A DNA stretch of 64,000 nt from an uncultured Gemmatimonadaceae bacterium (GTDB lineage: Bacteria > Gemmatimonadota > Gemmatimonadetes > Gemmatimonadales > Gemmatimonadaceae): positions 32,001-96,000 of the forward strand of contig CAVUDW010000003.1 in the NCBI GenBank assembly GCA_963740355.1, given 5' to 3'. The notes below the pieces were generated by a model, which was not told the origin of the DNA, ran no database searches, and saw nothing but the letters and a program-made list of their open reading frames with translations. The translations under genes were made by a program, and so were the position numbers. Of the stretch, positions 60,225-64,000 are shown piece after piece (the stretch's first letter is position 1; every line of letters starts with the position of its first letter).

Positions 60225-62279
60225 CTACGCTGCGGCCTCGACGTCGCGCTGCACCAACGTAAGGATGGTGTAGATCGCCACGGCCTCACCATCCTGGTTC
60301 ATGACTTCCACGTCCCAGTGCACCACGCCCTGCGGGATCTGGTCCGCGCGATCTTCCTTGGCCGTCTTCTGCTTGCAGGTGAGGCGAGCATGGATCGTGT
60401 CACCGATGTACACCGGCTTCACGAAACGCAGCCCCTCGAGCCCGTAGTTGGCCAACACGGGGCCCGGCGCCGGATCGACGAACAGGCCGGCTGCAGCCGA
60501 GAGCACGAAATACCCATGCGCCACCCGCTTGCCGAACAACGACGACTGGGCCGACACCTCGTCCATGTGCGCGTAAAAGAAATCGCCGGAGACACCTGCA
60601 AAATTCACCACATCCGCCTCGGTCACCGTGCGGCGATGCGTGATGAACGTCTCGCCGATGCGCAGCTCACCGAAGTATTTCCGGAACGGGTGGATGCGAT
60701 CGATCTTCTCGTCGGCTCCCTTGCTCCACTCACGTGTGACTGCCGCCACCGTTTGCGGCGAACCCTGAATCGCGGTGCGCTGCATGTAGTGCATCACGCC
60801 ACGTACACCGCCCAACTCCTCGCCCCCGCCCGCGCGGCCAGGCCCGCCGTGCACCATGCCAGGCATCGGTGAGCCATGACCCGTGGATTCCTTCGCGCTG
60901 TGGCGATTGACCAGCATCAACCGGCCATGGTAGGCCGCCGTGCCAAGCACCATGCTGCGGGCCACGTCGTCCTGCGCCGTGAACACGGAACCCACCAGGC
61001 TGCCCTTGCCCAGCCGCGCCAGTGCAATCGCTTCATCCACCGTGCGATACGGCATGATCGTATTCACCGGACCGAAGGCTTCCACATCGTGCGACTGCGT
61101 GCCCTCGAACGGGGTGTTGGCGTACAGCAGCATCGGCGCGTAGAACGCCCCCTGCTCGGCATCCGCACCCGTGACTTGCAGCGTACCCGGGCCACCGAAC
61201 ACGAGCTCGGCCCCATCGCGAAGCTTTGAGACACTACGCTCCACTTCCTTGACCTGGCCTTTCCCTGCCAGTGGACCCATGCGCACGCCATCGACGGCAG
61301 GATCGCCGATCTTCACACCTGCGAGTCGCTTCGACAGTGCGGCAGTGACGGCATCCACGACGCTTTCGTGAACGAAGGTGCGACGGATCGCGGTGCACTT
61401 CTGGCCCGCCTTCACCGTCATCTCCTTCGCCACCTCCTTGACGAAGAGATCGAACTCCTCGGTGCCCGGAACCGCATCAGGCCCGAGCATCGAAAAGTTC
61501 AGCGAGTCAGCTTCCTGGTTGAAGCGAACGCTGTTCGCGAGGATCGCCTTGCTGCTCTTGAGCATCAATCCGGTTGACGCCGAGCCGGTGAACGCTACGG
61601 AGTCCTGGCAGGTGAGATGGTCGAGCAGGTCACCGGAGCTGCCGCAGATCAGCTGGAAACTGCCCACGGGTAGCAGTCCCGACTCGACCATCGCCCGCGC
61701 CACCGCTTCGGTGAGATAGCTCGTGACAGTCGCCGGCTTCACGATGCTCGGCACACCGGCAAGGAACGACGTCGCAAACTTCTCCAGCATTCCCCACACG
61801 GGAAAGTTGAAGGCATTGATCTGCACCGCCACACCTTCCATTGGCACACAGATGTGCCGGCCGACGAAGGTGCCGCCCTTGCTCAGTCCTTCCACTGGAC
61901 CATCCACGAACACCGTTTCATCGGGGAACTCGCGACGCCCGCGGCTGCCGTAGGCGAAGAGTGTGCCGAAGCCGCCATCGATATCGATCCACGAGTCAGC
62001 CTTGGTGGCACCACTCCACGCCGATACGGCGTAGAACTCGTCCTTCCTCGCGGTGAGGTATTGCGCGAGCGCCTTCAGGATCCGGGCGCGCTGGTGAAAG
62101 GTCATGGCGCGCAGCGTCGGACCGCCCACCGTGCGACCGTAGACCAGCATGTCGTTGAAGTTCAGGCCTTCACTCGACGCGGTGCCGATCTCGGCGCCAG
62201 TCACGGCGTGATAGAGCGCGGCGCCCGTCCCGGTGCCGGTGACCCACTCACCGTACGCATAGTTCTGCAAACGCATCAT
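60225..62279 (-). CDS. paaZ: Bifunctional oxepin-CoA hydrolase / aldehyde dehydrogenase
   Basis: ALDH domain (INAFNFPVWG, EADSLN, KAGQKCTAIRR) plus MaoC domain (GDFFYAHMD, AHGYF). Confidence 0.95.
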   Translation of the reverse strand: MMRLQNYAYGEWVTGTGTGAALYHAVTGAEIGTASSEGLNFNDMLVYGRTVGGPTLRAMTFHQRARILKALAQYLTARKDEFYAVSAWSGATKADSWIDIDGGFGTLFAYGSRGRREFPDETVFVDGPVEGLSKGGTFVGRHICVPMEGVAVQINAFNFPVWGMLEKFATSFLAGVPSIVKPATVTSYLTEAVARAMVESGLLPVGSFQLICGSSGDLLDHLTCQDSVAFTGSASTGLMLKSSKAILANSVRFNQEADSLNFSMLGPDAVPGTEEFDLFVKEVAKEMTVKAGQKCTAIRRTFVHESVVDAVTAALSKRLAGVKIGDPAVDGVRMGPLAGKGQVKEVERSVSKLRDGAELVFGGPGTLQVTGADAEQGAFYAPMLLYANTPFEGTQSHDVEAFGPVNTIMPYRTVDEAIALARLGKGSLVGSVFTAQDDVARSMVLGTAAYHGRLMLVNRHSAKESTGHGSPMPGMVHGGPGRAGGGEELGGVRGVMHYMQRTAIQGSPQTVAAVTREWSKGADEKIDRIHPFRKYFGELRIGETFITHRRTVTEADVVNFAGVSGDFFYAHMDEVSAQSSLFGKRVAHGYFVLSAAAGLFVDPAPGPVLANYGLEGLRFVKPVYIGDTIHARLTCKQKTAKEDRADQIPQGVVHWDVEVMNQDGEAVAIYTILTLVQRDVEAAA

Positions 62280-62875
62280 GACTTCGTTTCTCCCCAGGTT
62301 TTATACGTGGACACCTGCGTCGCACGATCGGCGGGCACTTCGCGCAGCGGTTCACATGCCACCAGCGTGGCGTGCAACTGCGCAGGCAGTGCCTGATAGA
62401 GCGCGGTGCCTTCGGTCTTCCAGTTCAGCATTTCGTCACTGACATCCTTCACGATCTTGGCGGGATTTCCGACAGCGACCTTTCGCTCGGGAATCACCAT
62501 GCCGGCCGGCACGAAGCAGAGCGCTCCAACGACGCAACCAGCACCGACGACAGCATTGTCCATCACCACGGCATTCATCCCAACCAGCGCGTTCGCGCCG
62601 ATGCGCGCGCCGTGAATGATCGCGCCGTGACCGATGTGGGCCCCGGGCTCGAGCACCACCGTGACACCAGGAAACATGTGGACGGTGCAATTCTCCTGTA
62701 CGTTGCACCCATCACCGATCACGATCCCGCCCCAGTCGCCCCGAATGGCGGCACCAGGTCCGATGTACACATCGCGACCGATGACCACATTGCCGGTGAC
62801 CGTTGCGTTGGGGTGCACATACGCCGACTCGTGCACCACGGGCACGAAGCCGTCGAAGGCGAAGATATTGGCCAC
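62276..62875 (-). CDS. paaY: PaaY-like hexapeptide-repeat (gamma-carbonic anhydrase family) protein
   Basis: Hexapeptide repeats, RGDWG, VHMFPG, HIGHGAIIHG, WKTEGT.LYQ; within the paa operon. Confidence 0.85.
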   Translation of the reverse strand: MANIFAFDGFVPVVHESAYVHPNATVTGNVVIGRDVYIGPGAAIRGDWGGIVIGDGCNVQENCTVHMFPGVTVVLEPGAHIGHGAIIHGARIGANALVGMNAVVMDNAVVGAGCVVGALCFVPAGMVIPERKVAVGNPAKIVKDVSDEMLNWKTEGTALYQALPAQLHATLVACEPLREVPADRATQVSTYKTWGETKS

Positions 62876-64000
62876 TACACGCGCTCCAGGATCGTGGCCA
62901 TGCCTTGCCCGACACCGATGCACATCGTGGCCAACGCGTACCTGCCGCCGCTGCGCTGCAACTGGTGCGCTGCCGAGAGCAGGATCCGCGCGCCGCTCAT
63001 CCCCAGCGGATGCCCAAGGGCGATCGCGCCGCCGTTCGGGTTCACGCGCGCGTCGTCATCCGGGAGCCCGAGTTCACGCAGGCAGCCGAGCGACTGCGCC
63101 GCGAAGGCTTCGTTGAGCTCGATCACATCCATGTCAGCGAGTGTCAGCCCCGCCTTCTTCAGCGCGAGGTGCGTGGCGGGCACCGGGCCAAGGCCCATGA
63201 CACGTGGCTCGACGCCGGCCACGGCGCTGGTGACGAAACGTGCGAGTGGCGTCGCGCCCATGGCGGCCGCGCCGCGTGCCGAGCCGATCAACAAGGCGGC
63301 AGCCCCATCGTTGAGACCCGAGGCATTGCCTGCGGTCACCGAGCCCTTGCCATCGGTTCGGAATGCCGGCTTGAGTTTGGCGAGGATTTCGAGCGTGGTG
63401 TCCGCGCGGATGAATTCGTCGGTGTCGACGATTCGTGGGTCGCCCTTCTTCTGCGGTATCTCGACCGGCGTGATCTCCACGACGAATCTCCCCGCTGCGC
63501 GCGCGGCGGCGGCCTTCTGCTGCGATCGCAGCGCAAAGGCATCCTGGTCGGCGCGCGTGATGCCGAGCTGCTCCGCCACGTTCTCAGCCGTCTGCCCCAT
63601 GGAGTCGGTGCCGTATCGTAACTTCATCGCCGGGTTGACGAACCGCCATCCGAGGCTGGTATCGAACATCTCGATGTCGCGCGCGAACGGCTTGCTCGCC
63701 TTGCCCATCACGTACGGCGCGCGCGTCATGTTCTCGACACCGCCGGCGATATAGAGCTCGCCATCGCCACACTGCACTCCACGCGCTGCGTTCGCGACCG
63801 CGCTCATCCCCGATGCGCAGAGCCGGTTCACGGTTTCGCCAGGCACGGTGACTGGCAGGCCAGCCAGCAGCGCGGCCATCCGCGCCACGTTCCGGTTGTC
63901 GTCGCCCGACTGATTGGCGCACCCAAGGATCACATCGGTGAGCGCGGACGGATCGAGTGCCGGATGTCGCGCGACGACTCGCGCAATCACCTGTGCAGCG
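62875..64000 (-). CDS. paaJ: 3-oxoadipyl-CoA thiolase (PaaJ/PcaF), 5'-partial
   Basis: [42 protein letters not shown]. Confidence 0.9.
   Translation of the reverse strand, partial: AAQVIARVVARHPALDPSALTDVILGCANQSGDDNRNVARMAALLAGLPVTVPGETVNRLCASGMSAVANAARGVQCGDGELYIAGGVENMTRAPYVMGKASKPFARDIEMFDTSLGWRFVNPAMKLRYGTDSMGQTAENVAEQLGITRADQDAFALRSQQKAAAARAAGRFVVEITPVEIPQKKGDPRIVDTDEFIRADTTLEILAKLKPAFRTDGKGSVTAGNASGLNDGAAALLIGSARGAAAMGATPLARFVTSAVAGVEPRVMGLGPVPATHLALKKAGLTLADMDVIELNEAFAAQSLGCLRELGLPDDDARVNPNGGAIALGHPLGMSGARILLSAAHQLQRSGGRYALATMCIGVGQGMATILERV

Overview
GC-rich bacterial chromosomal window. Gene content and protein style suggest Gemmatimonadota, which is an inference. From left to right it holds: a partial secreted-protein gene and tRNA-Ala(TGC); a complete alternative complex III operon (actABCDEF, minus strand) preceded by a near-perfect Rex/CRP-type palindrome; and a largely translationally coupled minus-strand operon (ABC substrate-binding protein, frameshifted heparinase II/III-like lyase, TrmJ-type methyltransferase, class III aminotransferase, two amidohydrolases) with divergent ABC permeases. 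Next is a ~770-bp repeat-rich intergenic region (six 33-bp tandem units inside two crossing long inverted repeats). Then come a GH38 alpha-mannosidase, DedA, sodA, a Yip1 protein, speA and a Ser/Thr kinase; a tyrosine catabolism cluster (hppD, degenerate FAH-fold gene, hmgA, nearby acetoacetate-CoA ligase); several secreted peptidases and hydrolases; a MASE1-GGDEF cyclase; an Ig/NHL lipoprotein; and part of a phenylacetate operon (paaJ-paaY-paaZ-paaK). No CRISPR array, rRNA, integrase or transposase was recognised. The best leads are the repeat element at 19.3-20.0 kb, the lyase/aminotransferase/amidohydrolase-pair operon, the Rex-like operator and retained FS0 motif of this ACIII, and the FAH pseudoenzyme. 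All family assignments come from motif recognition by eye, not database searches.
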